64,000 nucleotides of DNA from Candidatus Eiseniibacteriota bacterium (GCA_044223005.1 JBGAML010000002.1:64001-128000); one strand, 5' to 3'. Positions 37,794 to 48,233 are shown, numbered from the stretch's first letter. Numbers and translations: made by a program. The notes: generated by a model not told the origin, from the sequence alone.

Positions 37794-38729
37794 ATGACAC
37801 GCGCCGCACCGAGTGGCACGCGCGGGCTCGTGCTCGTCGTGCTCGGCGTCGCACTGCTGCTGCTGGCCGCCTACGCGATTCCACCGGCGATCCACGTCGG
37901 CGGCACGCGCGTCCGCGTCGGCAGCGTGGAGCTGCCCGAGCAGCAGCCGATCGCCTACGCGCGGGCGTCGGGCATGCTCGACGGCGAGCAGGTCGGGGTC
38001 GTCGAGTTCGAGTCCTACCAGGACCTGCGGAACGCCTTCCTCGACGGCAATGTGCACGTCGCGACCCTGCCGCTCGACGACGCGCTCGCCTTGGCGGCGC
38101 CCCCCGCACACGCGCGCGTGCTCGCCGTGGTCGGCGAGAGCCGGGAGCCCGTCCGGCTCGTCGCGAGCGGCGGCGTGCGATCGATCGCGGAGCTGCGCGG
38201 CGGGGTGGTCGCAGTCGAGTCGGGGCGGCGATCGGTCTCGGCGCTGCGCGCACTGCTGGCGCGCGAGGGTGTCGCGCTGACCGACGTTCGCATGCGGCTG
38301 ATGGATGCCGAATGCATGCCGGAGGCGATCCACGACGGGCGTGCCGATGCGGTGCTGGTGTACGGGCCGTTCGCGGGCGAGGCCGAAGCGGCCGGCGGTC
38401 ACGTGCTCGGCTCCTGGCGGCCCGCGGGCGATGGCGAGTACCTGGTGCTCGTCGCGAGCGCGCTCGCCGAACATCGCGCGCGCGCCCAGGTCTCGCACGT
38501 CGTCGACGCATGGTTCGCGGCGCATGATTCGCTGCGTCGGCACGCCGCGCTCGCGGCGGGCCCGGTCACGTTCCTGACCCGTGCCGAGAGCGATCGCATG
38601 CGGCGCGGCGCCGCGCCGCTCGCGGCGCAGGTCCACCGCGTCGAGCGGCGGTGGGGGGCTCTCGGCGTCGACGGGGGCGTGCCCGCGACCGCGGACTGGC
38701 TCGCGTCTCCGGCGAGGGCCCTGCGATGA
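37794..38729 (+). CDS. SsuA/THI5-like periplasmic substrate-binding protein
   Basis: N-terminal TM; SIAELRGGVVAVE; DGRADAVLVYGPF; ATGA-coupled to a kinase gene. Confidence 0.65.
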   Translation: MTRAAPSGTRGLVLVVLGVALLLLAAYAIPPAIHVGGTRVRVGSVELPEQQPIAYARASGMLDGEQVGVVEFESYQDLRNAFLDGNVHVATLPLDDALALAAPPAHARVLAVVGESREPVRLVASGGVRSIAELRGGVVAVESGRRSVSALRALLAREGVALTDVRMRLMDAECMPEAIHDGRADAVLVYGPFAGEAEAAGGHVLGSWRPAGDGEYLVLVASALAEHRARAQVSHVVDAWFAAHDSLRRHAALAAGPVTFLTRAESDRMRRGAAPLAAQVHRVERRWGALGVDGGVPATADWLASPARALR

Positions 38730-41416
38730 GCCGGTTGCGGGACAGCGTCCGCTTCCAGTTGCCGGCGTTCCTCGTGGTGGTCGGCATCGTCGTCTACTCC
38801 GCGACGCTCTGGGTGGCGCTCGGTCGCACGACCCGCACGGCGCTCGCCAGCCGCGAGCAGGCCGCACGCACGTCGCTCAACGCCGTGGCGCGCGTCGCGG
38901 CTGACCTGCTGTACCGCGATCAGCGCGACAGCATGCACGAGATGATCGCCCAACTCGGCGCCGTCTCGGATCTCGACGTCGCGGCCTACGTGGATCCGCT
39001 CGGACGCATGGAGGCGTCCACGCATCGCGACTGGGTCGGGCAGCCGGTGGACTCGTTCCCCGTGCTCGGCGCCGCGAGCCTCGTCCGCGAAGCCGTCCAG
39101 CTCGACCGCTCCGTGACGCGCCACGACGCGGACGGGCGCACCGTGCTCGCGATCCCGGTGCGCGCCGGCTCGATCGATCCGCAGGGCGAGGTCACCGGCG
39201 AGGGCGTGCTCCTGGCGACGCTGGATTTCCGCCCGCTCGTCGCCGACGTGCGCCGCCAGACGTTCGAGTTCTACCTCCTGATCGGCGTGGTGTCGCTGGC
39301 CGCGATCGTCGCGGTGACGCTCTTCCTGCATTTCCGGGTCGCCCGGCCCGCGCTGCAGATCGCCGGCGCCGCCGAGCGCGGAGCGGCGGGAGACCTGCGC
39401 GTCCGCGCCGGCGTCTGGGGCGACGACGAACTCGGCCGCGCCGGGCGCGCGTTCGACGACATGGTGCGGCACGTGGACGAGACGGAGCAGGCGCTGCGCC
39501 GCCAGCAGGCGCTGCTCGACGGGCTCATGCGCACGGTGCCGGTGGGCGTGCTCGTCGTGGACCGGCGCACGCTCGAAGTGCTGTACGCGAACCAGCCGCT
39601 GCGGCAACTGGGCGGCTACCCGGTCCCGATCGGCCGGCCGCTGCGCGAGGTCGCGACGCACATCGAGACCGACGCGGGCCGGCCCTACCCGATCGAGCGC
39701 CTGCCGATCGAGCGCGCGCTCACGGAGGGGCGCTCGGTCGAGGCCGACGACGTGGTCTACGTGCAGCCGGACGGCACTCGCGTCCCCGTGGTGACCACGG
39801 CGCACCCGATGAACATCTCGGGCGGGCCCGAGTTCGATGCCGTGGTCGCGGTGGTGCAGGATCGCCGCACGCTCGAGCGCGCGTTCCGGCAGCTGCGCGA
39901 ATCCGAGGAGCGCTTCCAGAAGGCGTCGCTCGCCACCGGCCAGGCCGTCTACGCGTGGGACATGACGACGGACGCGTGCCGCTTCAGCGATTCCGTGACG
40001 AGCGTCTTCGGGTACGCGCCCGAGGAGATCGACAGCAACGAGAAGTGGGATGCGATCACGCACCCGGACGACGTCGCGGCGTCGAAGGCCGAGATGACCG
40101 CCGCGCGCCGCGAGCACCGCGTGTTCGATCACGTGAGCCGCATCCGGCACAAGGACGGGCGGTGGCGGTGGGTCCGCGATCGCGGCGTGCTCCGGTACGA
40201 CGACGCGGGACAGCCGGTGAGCATGGTCGGCGCCGTGGCCGACGTCACGGAGCAGCACGAGCTCGAGGCGCGGCTGCGGCAGGCGCAGAAGATGGAAACC
40301 GTGGGCACGCTCGCCGGCGGGATCGCGCACGACTTCAACAACCAGCTGACCGGCGTGCTGGGGCACCTCGACCTGCTCCGCGAGGACATGCCCGGGGACG
40401 ACCCGCGCCTGGAGCACGTGCGCGTGGCGCGGCTCGCCGCGGCCCGCTGCGCCGAGCTCACGCGGGGCCTGCTCGCGTTCAGCCGCATGCTGCGCGGCGA
40501 TCCGCGTGCGGTCGACGTGAACGAGAGCGTTCGCGAGGCGGCGGCGCTGCTGCGCCGCGCGCTGCCCGCGACGATCGAGCTCGTGCTCGAGACCGCGGAC
40601 GACCTGCCGCGGGCGCAGGTCGATCCGACCCAGCTCCAGCAGGTGCTCCTGAACCTCTGCGTCAACGCGCGCGACGCGATGCCCGAAGGCGGGACGCTGC
40701 GCATCACGACGCGGCGGACCACGCTCGACGCTCCGCGCGGCACCGACGTCGGGGCCGTGCCGGGCGAGTACGTGCGGATCGAGGTGTCCGACGAGGGCGT
40801 CGGCATTCCCGCCGACGTCCTGCCGCGCATCTTCGAGCCCTTCTTCACGACCAAGCCCGTCGGCGCCGGCACCGGTCTCGGGCTCGCGATGGTCTACGGC
40901 ATCGTCTCCCAGCATCGCGGCTGGGTCGACGTCGAGAGCACGCCGGGCGCCGGGACCACGTTTCGCGTGCACCTGCCGGCCAGTTCGGGGCAGGCGGTGG
41001 CTCGGGAGGGCGACGCGGAGGCGATGCCCCGCGCGGGCGAGGCCCCGCCGCGCACCGTGCTGGTCGTGGACGACGAAGCCGTCGTGCGCGACTTCGCGGC
41101 TCGGATTCTCGAGCGCGTGGGCTGGAACGTGCTGCGCGCCTCCGACGGACGCGAGGCGATGCAGGCGGTCGCCGCGCACACCGGTGCGATCGACGCGGTG
41201 CTTCTCGACATGACGATGCCGGGGCCGCCGCTGCGGGAGGTGGTCGAGGCGCTCCGCCGTGCGCTTCCGGGCGCGCGGCTCGTGCTCACGAGCGGGTATT
41301 CGCTCGACCTGAGTGGCCAGCACGAACTGGCGGCGCTCCCGTTCCTCACCAAGCCGTACTCGCCGCAGCAGCTGCTCGAGGCGATGCGGGCGATCGCACC
41401 CGCAGCCCCGGCGTGA
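38726..41416 (+). CDS. Hybrid sensor kinase (periplasmic sensor, HAMP, two PAS, HisKA, HATPase, REC)
   Basis: DELGR; HPDD; QAQKMETVGTLAGGIAHDFNN; FEPFFTTK; VVDDE; LDMTMP. Confidence 0.9.
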   Translation: MSRLRDSVRFQLPAFLVVVGIVVYSATLWVALGRTTRTALASREQAARTSLNAVARVAADLLYRDQRDSMHEMIAQLGAVSDLDVAAYVDPLGRMEASTHRDWVGQPVDSFPVLGAASLVREAVQLDRSVTRHDADGRTVLAIPVRAGSIDPQGEVTGEGVLLATLDFRPLVADVRRQTFEFYLLIGVVSLAAIVAVTLFLHFRVARPALQIAGAAERGAAGDLRVRAGVWGDDELGRAGRAFDDMVRHVDETEQALRRQQALLDGLMRTVPVGVLVVDRRTLEVLYANQPLRQLGGYPVPIGRPLREVATHIETDAGRPYPIERLPIERALTEGRSVEADDVVYVQPDGTRVPVVTTAHPMNISGGPEFDAVVAVVQDRRTLERAFRQLRESEERFQKASLATGQAVYAWDMTTDACRFSDSVTSVFGYAPEEIDSNEKWDAITHPDDVAASKAEMTAARREHRVFDHVSRIRHKDGRWRWVRDRGVLRYDDAGQPVSMVGAVADVTEQHELEARLRQAQKMETVGTLAGGIAHDFNNQLTGVLGHLDLLREDMPGDDPRLEHVRVARLAAARCAELTRGLLAFSRMLRGDPRAVDVNESVREAAALLRRALPATIELVLETADDLPRAQVDPTQLQQVLLNLCVNARDAMPEGGTLRITTRRTTLDAPRGTDVGAVPGEYVRIEVSDEGVGIPADVLPRIFEPFFTTKPVGAGTGLGLAMVYGIVSQHRGWVDVESTPGAGTTFRVHLPASSGQAVAREGDAEAMPRAGEAPPRTVLVVDDEAVVRDFAARILERVGWNVLRASDGREAMQAVAAHTGAIDAVLLDMTMPGPPLREVVEALRRALPGARLVLTSGYSLDLSGQHELAALPFLTKPYSPQQLLEAMRAIAPAAPA

Positions 41417-41422
41417 ACGAAC

Positions 41423-41446
41423 GGGGCCGCCCCGGAGGGCGGCCCC
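41423..41446. terminator. Bidirectional hairpin between convergent genes
   Basis: GGGGCCGCCC-CGGA-GGGCGGCCCC. Confidence 0.65.
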
Positions 41447-41465
41447 GCTCGCGCCGTGCGCCGCG

Positions 41466-44400
41466 TCAGTCGACGAGCGCCAGCTTGCGCTGCCCGATCA
41501 CGCGGTCGTCGATCAGCATCCGCACGAGGTAGACGCCGGGTGCGGCGCGCTGCCCCGCGATCGTGCGGCCGTCCCACGTCGCGCTCCACTCGCCCGCGGC
41601 GTGGTCCGACTCCTCGATCCGGGCGATCACGCGTCCGGCCAGGTCGAGCGCTTCGATCCGCACGCGCGCCGGCGCGTTCAGCGCGAAGTCGACGCGCGTG
41701 CTTCCGCGCGCCGGGTTGGGGCTCACGCCGTGCAGCGAGGTCACGGACGGCAGCGCCCGCGGCGGCGACTCGACCCCGGCGGCACTCACGCCGAGGTCGT
41801 ATTGGCCTTCGGCACCGTTGTCGTTGACCACGACCAGGCCGTAGTAGCCGGTCGACGGCGCGGTGTAGGTGCCGTTGCCGCTCGCCGCGTAGACCGCGGC
41901 GCCGCGGCCCGCCCAGTACGCGCCCCCGGCGGCGTTGCGGAACAGGAGCACCTTCGCATCCAGCCCCGGCGAGCGGGTGAACGAGATGTTGTACGCCTGC
42001 CCCGCCACGAGCCGGACGTCCGAGCAGTCCAGCACCTGGTTGCCACTGAACGTGCGCCGGATCGAGCCGCCGCTCGTCACGAGCAGGTCGTGATCGCTGT
42101 CCCACTCGACCGAGCCGTACCCCGTGCCGGCGAACCGGTAGAGGTGCGCGTAGTAGGTGCCGAGCGGATTCGCGCCGGAGTTGAAGTCGCCCACGACGAA
42201 GTCGGCGACGCCGACGCCCGTCGAGGTCGCGAGGATGCCCGACTGGCAGGCCGGCGGATCGGCGCCGGTCGGGCTCGAGTTCACGACGATGTCCCAGTCC
42301 GACGTGCTGCGGACGCCGATGGCGGTCCAGTAGTACCAGGACTGCGTGAACGAGACGTAGTCGGCGGGCGTCACCGAACCCGCGACCCCGCTGCTGAGCG
42401 GCGACGCGTCCCAGCAGGTCCACAGGCCGAGCGTGTACGTGTCCGTCGCGGCGTCGTCGTCGACGACCACGATGCCGTACCAGCCCGACTGGGTGCTGGT
42501 GTAGCTGCCGTAGCCGCCGGCGGCCACGTCGAGGCACGCCGAGTCGCGCGGCGCCCAGTACGTGCCCCCGCCGACGTTGCGGAAGAGCAGCGCGTGCAGG
42601 TTTCCCGAGCCGGTGTGCGAGAGCTGCATCCGGAACGTGCGCCCGGCCAGCAGGTAGGTGGAGTAGGCCTTCAGGACCTGATTGCCACCGAGGGTCGCCG
42701 TGACGACCGCGTTGTCGTTCGCGACCACCTGCGTCGTGCCCGACGACCACTCGACGGGCGTACTTTCGTTCACCGTGCCGGACGTCTGGTCGACGGACGC
42801 CCAGTAGGTGCGCGCGGCGTTGTGCCAGAAGTCGCCCACCACGAAGTTGACGAACGGCATCGACGGGACGGCGCTGGAGCCGAGCAGTCCCGTCCCGCAC
42901 CCCGGCCAGCTGGTCCCGGTCGCGTTCCACACGCTGATGCCGTGGGTGTCGTACGTGGCCAGGGCGCCGATCGCCGCCCAGCCGTTCGCGACGGGCGCGA
43001 ACGTGAACGGCTGGCCCGTGTGGCTGGCCGTCTGCGGCGTGTCCGTCGTCAGCGCCGTGGGCGTCGTACAGCTGCCGAAGTGCACGCGGTACACACCGCT
43101 GGTTCCGGCGTCGTTGACGAAGACGATCGTGTGCGTGCCGGTGGCCGTCGCCGTGTACGTGGCGGAGCCGTTGGTCGTGATCATGAGCTTCGCCTGCGAG
43201 CGGCCGACGGCGTACGCGCCCCCCGCGGTGTTCTCGAACACCAGGAACTTCGCGCCGGACCCGGGCGTCACCCAGGTGTCGATCTGGTACGTGGTCCCCG
43301 CGGTCATGGTGGCGATGTACGTGTCGATCAGGTCGTTGGCCGTGAAGCTCGCCTCCTGGAACGGCATGTTCTCGTACAGCGTCCCGGTGCGATAGTCCCA
43401 CTCCACGACGCCGCTCGTGCCCGCGTACCGCCGGGCGTCGATGAAGTAGCGCGAGACCGGCGTGTGCGCGGCGTCGATGACGGCCATGTCGACGGTGCCG
43501 ACGCCGGCGGCCGACGACGTGAGCAGCGAGCCGAAGCATGTGGGAGCGGCCGCGCCGGTCGACTGGGAGTACACCCCGAGGTCCCAGTCGTCGGAGGCGG
43601 TGGTGCCGCGCGTGGCGATCACGTTCCACGAGCCGCCGCGCGGATCGACCCGCCAGTAGCTGTCGGTCGCCGTCATGGTCACGGGAAGGTCGTACGCGAT
43701 GGTGGAGGGGCAGTCGCAAGGCGCCTGGGCGATCCCGAGCGTGGCCGTCGCGGACGATTCGGTGCCGTTCGTCACGATGACGGCCCAGGTGCCCGAGATC
43801 GAGGGCGTCAGGGTGTGGCATTCCGTGAGCGGGATCGGCGTGCCGTAGATGCCCTGCATCGGGTGCGCGGGGTCGGGAGAGAACCACTCCATCCGGAGGT
43901 CCGTCCCCGACTGGTCGAAGGCGATCGCATAGGGGACTCCGGCGACCAGGGTCACTTCGTACGTGCGGATGAAATCGTCGGCCGTGAGCGACATCGACGC
44001 CGGGGCACCGTTCACCGCGAGCGTGCCGTCCGGAGCCCGCCACACGGCGCGGGAGTTCGAGCCCTCCCGGGCGCTCACGTCGACTCCGTAGGTTCCGGTC
44101 GCGGCGAGGCGGAAGTTCCCCATGACCCCCGCGATGTTCGGCGGGCTCGTGGAGGACTGGCCCAGGTAGGTCCCGAAGCAGCCGGGGAACGGGCTCGCGG
44201 GCAGCGCGGTGTAGTAGTCGAGTCCGATCCACTGGTCGCTCTTGACGCCGAGCGTGCCCCAGTTGGCCGTCGTCGCGTTGAACTTCAGGTGCGAGTACCA
44301 GTGCGTCACGGGAACCATGACGCCGGGCGTGAGCGTGATCGCGTCGCAGTTCCCGACCGCGAGCGACACCTGGCCGTGCCCGCCGCCGTCGTTCACGAAC

Positions 44401-45086
44401 ACCATCGCGTAGGTGCCCGTCGCCGGCGGCGTCCAGACGGCCAGCGTGTCGGCCGAGGAGAGCGTCGCGATGGCCGCGCCGCGGCCCGCGAAGTAGCTGC
44501 CCGTTCCCGGATTGCGGAAGACGAGCAGCTTCGGCGAGTAGGAGGCGTCGAGCTTCGACGAGTGGAAGTCGATCGAGACGGGAACGCCGCCGGTGAGGTC
44601 GATCGTCCACATCACGGCGAGATCGGACGCGGTGAAGTTCGTCGAGCCGAACATGCCGTTGAGCGTGAGGGTGCCGTTCGAGTTCTTCCACTGCGCCAGG
44701 GCACCGGCCCCGCCGCCGTAGAAGCGCGAGGCCTGCGGGTAGTAGTCCCCGGCGGCGTTGTGCGTCCAGTCGCCGACGATCACGTCGACCTGGCCCGTGC
44801 CCGCCGTCGAAGTGGCGAGCGGGTTGGCGACGCAAGCCGGGTCCGCGGCCGTGTTCTGGTAGAGCCGCAGGTCCCAGTCCTCGCCGGGCATCACGGCGTT
44901 GCACGCGAAGAGCGACCAGTTGCCGCTCCCCATCGTGGCGACGGCGTTCTGCGGGGTGGTGATGAAGAGGTAGGTGGTGCCGTTGGTCATCGGGTAGTAC
45001 GAACAGGCCGCGCGAGCGAGCGGCGCGACGACGGCGATCGTGGCGAGAACGACCGCGAGGGCGAGGCGCAGCGTCCGGAGGTTCAT
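41466..45086 (-). CDS. Large secreted protein with five tandem ~215-aa units and C-terminal FlgD-Ig-like domain
   Basis: Signal peptide; recurring W...DWD...PxC...L..S...VD.VVGD and T...G.Y..V.VND motifs; tail SPNP...WDGRTIAGQRAAPGVYLV. Confidence 0.85.
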   Translation of the reverse strand: MNLRTLRLALAVVLATIAVVAPLARAACSYYPMTNGTTYLFITTPQNAVATMGSGNWSLFACNAVMPGEDWDLRLYQNTAADPACVANPLATSTAGTGQVDVIVGDWTHNAAGDYYPQASRFYGGGAGALAQWKNSNGTLTLNGMFGSTNFTASDLAVMWTIDLTGGVPVSIDFHSSKLDASYSPKLLVFRNPGTGSYFAGRGAAIATLSSADTLAVWTPPATGTYAMVFVNDGGGHGQVSLAVGNCDAITLTPGVMVPVTHWYSHLKFNATTANWGTLGVKSDQWIGLDYYTALPASPFPGCFGTYLGQSSTSPPNIAGVMGNFRLAATGTYGVDVSAREGSNSRAVWRAPDGTLAVNGAPASMSLTADDFIRTYEVTLVAGVPYAIAFDQSGTDLRMEWFSPDPAHPMQGIYGTPIPLTECHTLTPSISGTWAVIVTNGTESSATATLGIAQAPCDCPSTIAYDLPVTMTATDSYWRVDPRGGSWNVIATRGTTASDDWDLGVYSQSTGAAAPTCFGSLLTSSAAGVGTVDMAVIDAAHTPVSRYFIDARRYAGTSGVVEWDYRTGTLYENMPFQEASFTANDLIDTYIATMTAGTTYQIDTWVTPGSGAKFLVFENTAGGAYAVGRSQAKLMITTNGSATYTATATGTHTIVFVNDAGTSGVYRVHFGSCTTPTALTTDTPQTASHTGQPFTFAPVANGWAAIGALATYDTHGISVWNATGTSWPGCGTGLLGSSAVPSMPFVNFVVGDFWHNAARTYWASVDQTSGTVNESTPVEWSSGTTQVVANDNAVVTATLGGNQVLKAYSTYLLAGRTFRMQLSHTGSGNLHALLFRNVGGGTYWAPRDSACLDVAAGGYGSYTSTQSGWYGIVVVDDDAATDTYTLGLWTCWDASPLSSGVAGSVTPADYVSFTQSWYYWTAIGVRSTSDWDIVVNSSPTGADPPACQSGILATSTGVGVADFVVGDFNSGANPLGTYYAHLYRFAGTGYGSVEWDSDHDLLVTSGGSIRRTFSGNQVLDCSDVRLVAGQAYNISFTRSPGLDAKVLLFRNAAGGAYWAGRGAAVYAASGNGTYTAPSTGYYGLVVVNDNGAEGQYDLGVSAAGVESPPRALPSVTSLHGVSPNPARGSTRVDFALNAPARVRIEALDLAGRVIARIEESDHAAGEWSATWDGRTIAGQRAAPGVYLVRMLIDDRVIGQRKLALVD

Positions 45087-45781
45087 CGTGCGCCCTCCTT
45101 GCGCTCGCTGCCCTGCGGGGGCAGGGCCGGGTCACGCGCTTCCGACGTCACGACCTCGCGCGCCTTGGGCGCGAACGGCCGGCGCGTGCCGGTGAGCGGC
45201 GTCGCGGCCGACGGTGGAGCCGGAACGGCGATCGCGGTGCCGGCCGCGGGCGGCACGGTCGTACCGAACGCGCGCAGCGGTGGCGGGAAGGAGGCACTCC
45301 AGTCGGGCCGCGGAATCGCTCGCAGCGCGGCGGAGACCTGCGCGGCGTCCCAGCGCGCCGTCGCGCGCTCCGGCGCGAACTCGGGCGCAAGAGCCGGGGC
45401 GTTCGCCGACGAGGCCGGGCCGATCGTGTTCCATTCGTTGCCCTTCTCGCCCGGCGTGAAGACGAGCGCGCCGGCGGGCGGACTCCACGGAGCGGGCGCG
45501 GCCGGGACCGGTGTCGCCGGCGCCGCGGGCTGCTGCACGCGCGCCGGAGCGGCCGTGGCCGCGGGTGGCGCGGCCTGCACGAGCGTCGCGGTTCCAGGAG
45601 GAGCGAGCGGCAGCGTGCCGGGGGCATGGTGTTCCGGGCCGGGTGCCGGCACGGCGCCCACGGTGGCGAAGTCCTGCGGCTTCGTTTCGCCGGCGCCGGC
45701 GGGTGGCGCCAGCGCCAGTGCGAGCGCAGCGATCGTGGTCGCAGTGGCGAGCATCCCGAGGAGAGTTCGGGATCGATGCAT
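45083..45781 (-). CDS. Hypothetical secreted Pro/Ala-rich protein
   Basis: GGAGGA RBS; signal peptide; ATGA coupling to the large secreted protein. Confidence 0.6.
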   Translation of the reverse strand: MHRSRTLLGMLATATTIAALALALAPPAGAGETKPQDFATVGAVPAPGPEHHAPGTLPLAPPGTATLVQAAPPAATAAPARVQQPAAPATPVPAAPAPWSPPAGALVFTPGEKGNEWNTIGPASSANAPALAPEFAPERATARWDAAQVSAALRAIPRPDWSASFPPPLRAFGTTVPPAAGTAIAVPAPPSAATPLTGTRRPFAPKAREVVTSEARDPALPPQGSERKEGAR

Positions 45782-46002
45782 GGTATTCCTCCGCTCGATG
45801 AGGCGGGTGACGGCGGGATCGGTGGGGACTCGGTGCGGAACGCCGGGCCGCGCCGCCGTTCGCCACGACGTGTGACCCCGCGATCCGGCGTTCGTCACGG
45901 CTCCGGGCCACGAATCGCCGGGCCGCCGGCGGAATCCCAAGAGCCGACCGCGTCCACGATGCGCGCGGGCCGACCCCCGAACCGTTCTCCGAGGAGCGAG
46001 CG

Positions 46003-46785
46003 ATGAGGAAGTGGGTGCTGCTGCTGGCGTTCCTGACCCTTTCGAGCGAGGCCATGGCCAAGGTCACGACGCAGGTCGTCGAGTACAAGCAGGGCGACAC
46101 CGTCCTGCAGGGCTACTTGTCGTACGACGACGCGGTGCAGGGCCGCCGGCCCGCCGTGCTGATCGTGCACGACTGGCTCGGCTGTTCCGACTACCAGAAG
46201 ATGCGCGCCGAGCAGTTGGCGGCGTTGGGCTACGTGGCGCTCGCTGCGGACGTCTACGGCAAGGGCGTGCGGCCGGCGAACGCGCAGGAGGCGGGCGCCG
46301 AGGCCGGCAAGTACTACAAGGACCGCGGCCTGTTCCGCGCCCGCGTGCGCGCGGGACTCGACTACCTCGCCTCGCGGCCGCAGGCCGACCCCGCCAAGCT
46401 CGCCGCGATCGGCTACTGCTTCGGCGGCGCCGGCGCGCTGGAACTCGCGCGCAGCGGCGCGCCGGTGCTGGGCGTGGTCACGTTCCACGGTTCGCTCGCG
46501 ACGCCGACGCCCGAGGACGCGAAGAACATCGAGGGCAAGGTGCTCGTGCTGCACGGCGCCGACGACCCGTACGTGAAGCAGGACGAGTTGAAGGGCTTCA
46601 TGGACGAGATGCGCGCGGCGAACGTGGACTGGCAGCTCGTCCAGTACAGCGGCGCCGTGCACAGCTTCACCGACAAGCGCGCGGGCACCGACAACAGCAA
46701 GGGCGCCGCCTACAACGCCAACGCCGACCGGCGCTCGTGGCGCGCGATGCGGGACTTCCTGGAGGAGGTCTTCGCGGCGAAGTGA
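46003..46785 (+). CDS. Dienelactone hydrolase family protein, exported
   Basis: IVHDWLG; GYCFGG; HGADDP; AVHSFT. Confidence 0.9.
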   Translation: MRKWVLLLAFLTLSSEAMAKVTTQVVEYKQGDTVLQGYLSYDDAVQGRRPAVLIVHDWLGCSDYQKMRAEQLAALGYVALAADVYGKGVRPANAQEAGAEAGKYYKDRGLFRARVRAGLDYLASRPQADPAKLAAIGYCFGGAGALELARSGAPVLGVVTFHGSLATPTPEDAKNIEGKVLVLHGADDPYVKQDELKGFMDEMRAANVDWQLVQYSGAVHSFTDKRAGTDNSKGAAYNANADRRSWRAMRDFLEEVFAAK

Positions 46786-46804
46786 GGCTCCGGCGGTGGG
46801 ATCG

Positions 46805-46832
46805 ACGGGCCCGGCGCACGCGCGCCGGGCCC
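46805..46832 (+). terminator. Intrinsic terminator-like hairpin
   Basis: ACGGGCCCGGCGC-AC-GCGCGCCGGGCCCGT-type stem just after the hydrolase stop. Confidence 0.55.
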
Positions 46833-46892
46833 GTTCGTCGTTCCGGGTGGTGCGGCAAACGTGTGGCCCCGGACAAATCTCGCGACCCGGTT

Positions 46893-46920
46893 TGAACCAT
46901 CCGGGGGCATGGGGCGTTCT
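46893..46920 (+). promoter_or_regulatory. Putative autoregulatory ECF promoter TGAACC-N16-CGTTCT
   Basis: Typical AAC/CGT ECF geometry, upstream of an operon that encodes an ECF sigma. Confidence 0.55.
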
Positions 46921-46982
46921 GATCGGTGGATGGGACGCCGCGCGCGGGTCCGCGCGGCCCCGAACCCGACGGGAGGCCGCCG

Positions 46983-48233
46983 ATGCCGCGATTCGGAAGC
47001 TGGATGCTGGCGATCACACTCGCCGTGCTCGCGTGGGCCGGGACGACCCCGGCCGTTGCAGGCCCGCCGGAGCGCGTCGAACCGATGCGCAAGAAGATGT
47101 TCTCGCGCCCGGAGTACGTGAAGCTGCGCGACGAGTGGAAGGCATGGGCGGAGGCGCACCCGACCGACGCGCACGCCTGGGCGCAGCTCGCCAAGGCGGG
47201 TTCGTATGCCGGAGACCTTCCCGCGGTGACCGGTCCTTGGGCCGAGAAGGCGTACCAGCTCGACCCCGACGACCCGGACGCCTGCACGGAACTGGCGCGG
47301 CACCGCTGGAGCGTCTGGACGGGCCAGGGGACGGACTCGCCGGACGAGGCGATCCGGCTGCTGGAACATGCGCTCGTGGAGAATCCCGACTGCGACGACG
47401 CGCACGTGCGGCTCTGGGTCCTGCGCCTCGCCCGCGGCGATCGCGGCGGTGCCGAGCGCGAGCTCGCGACGCTGCTGGATCGCGGCCGGATTCCCGAGCC
47501 GCTCTGCGATTTCGCCTACAACGAGCTCGTCGGGCTCGCGCCGCACGCGATCCTGTTCACGAACGGCGACAACGACACGTATCCCGCGATCGCGTTGCAG
47601 GTGGCGCGGGGCTTCCGCACCGACGTGACCGTCGTGAACCTGAGCATGCTCACCCTGGAGTGGTACCGCCGAGCCCTGCGCCAGGGGCCGGATCCGGTGC
47701 CGGTGCCACTGCTCGAGGGCCGGGAGCGCGACTTCGAGACGTCGACGCAGGCGATGCAGGAGGTCGTGCGCGCCGCACTGGCCGGCACGCTCGTCCGGCC
47801 CGTCTACGTCGCAGTCACGGTGCCGATGGACGCGAAGGCGGTCGGGGCGAGGCTGTCGGTCGAAGGGCTCGTTTACCGCACGAAGCGCGGCGCGCTCGAG
47901 ACGGTCGCGGATACGGCCCGGCTGCAGCGCAACTTCGGCGAGACCTACCGGCTCCAGAGCGCGACGAGCCCGGCACTCGACTGGAATGCCTGGTCGGCGC
48001 TGCGTCCGCTGGTGACGAACTACGGCGCGGGCGAGTGGATGCTGGCGAAGGCCCGCGTCCGCGCCGGAAACCGCGTGGGCGCGAGCCGGTCCATGAACGA
48101 CCTGCTCGGGCTCGCCACGTTCCACCACTCCGAATCCACGCACGAGTTCCTGGATTTCTGGCGCGGATTCGATCCGCACGCCCCGGAACTCGCGCGCTGG
48201 ACGAAGCTCGCGGGCTCGACGGGCGGCCGGTGA
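46983..48233 (+). CDS. Exported TPR protein with DUF2723/TMEM260-like FTNGDNDTYP segment
   Basis: Signal peptide; TPR helices; AILFTNGDNDTYP...RTDVTVVNLSML...WY. Confidence 0.7.
   Translation: MPRFGSWMLAITLAVLAWAGTTPAVAGPPERVEPMRKKMFSRPEYVKLRDEWKAWAEAHPTDAHAWAQLAKAGSYAGDLPAVTGPWAEKAYQLDPDDPDACTELARHRWSVWTGQGTDSPDEAIRLLEHALVENPDCDDAHVRLWVLRLARGDRGGAERELATLLDRGRIPEPLCDFAYNELVGLAPHAILFTNGDNDTYPAIALQVARGFRTDVTVVNLSMLTLEWYRRALRQGPDPVPVPLLEGRERDFETSTQAMQEVVRAALAGTLVRPVYVAVTVPMDAKAVGARLSVEGLVYRTKRGALETVADTARLQRNFGETYRLQSATSPALDWNAWSALRPLVTNYGAGEWMLAKARVRAGNRVGASRSMNDLLGLATFHHSESTHEFLDFWRGFDPHAPELARWTKLAGSTGGR

Noticed and set aside
40894..45875. 1413-aa and 1520-aa ORFs overlapping the large secreted protein
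   Set aside because: Arg/Gly/Ala-rich shadow frames caused by scarce stop codons in high-GC DNA; the same applies to most short ORFs in the track.
45931..45957. GGAATC...CGTCCAC upstream of the dienelactone hydrolase as another copy of the ECF motif
   Set aside because: Spacer is 3 nt shorter and the CTTTGCC block is absent.
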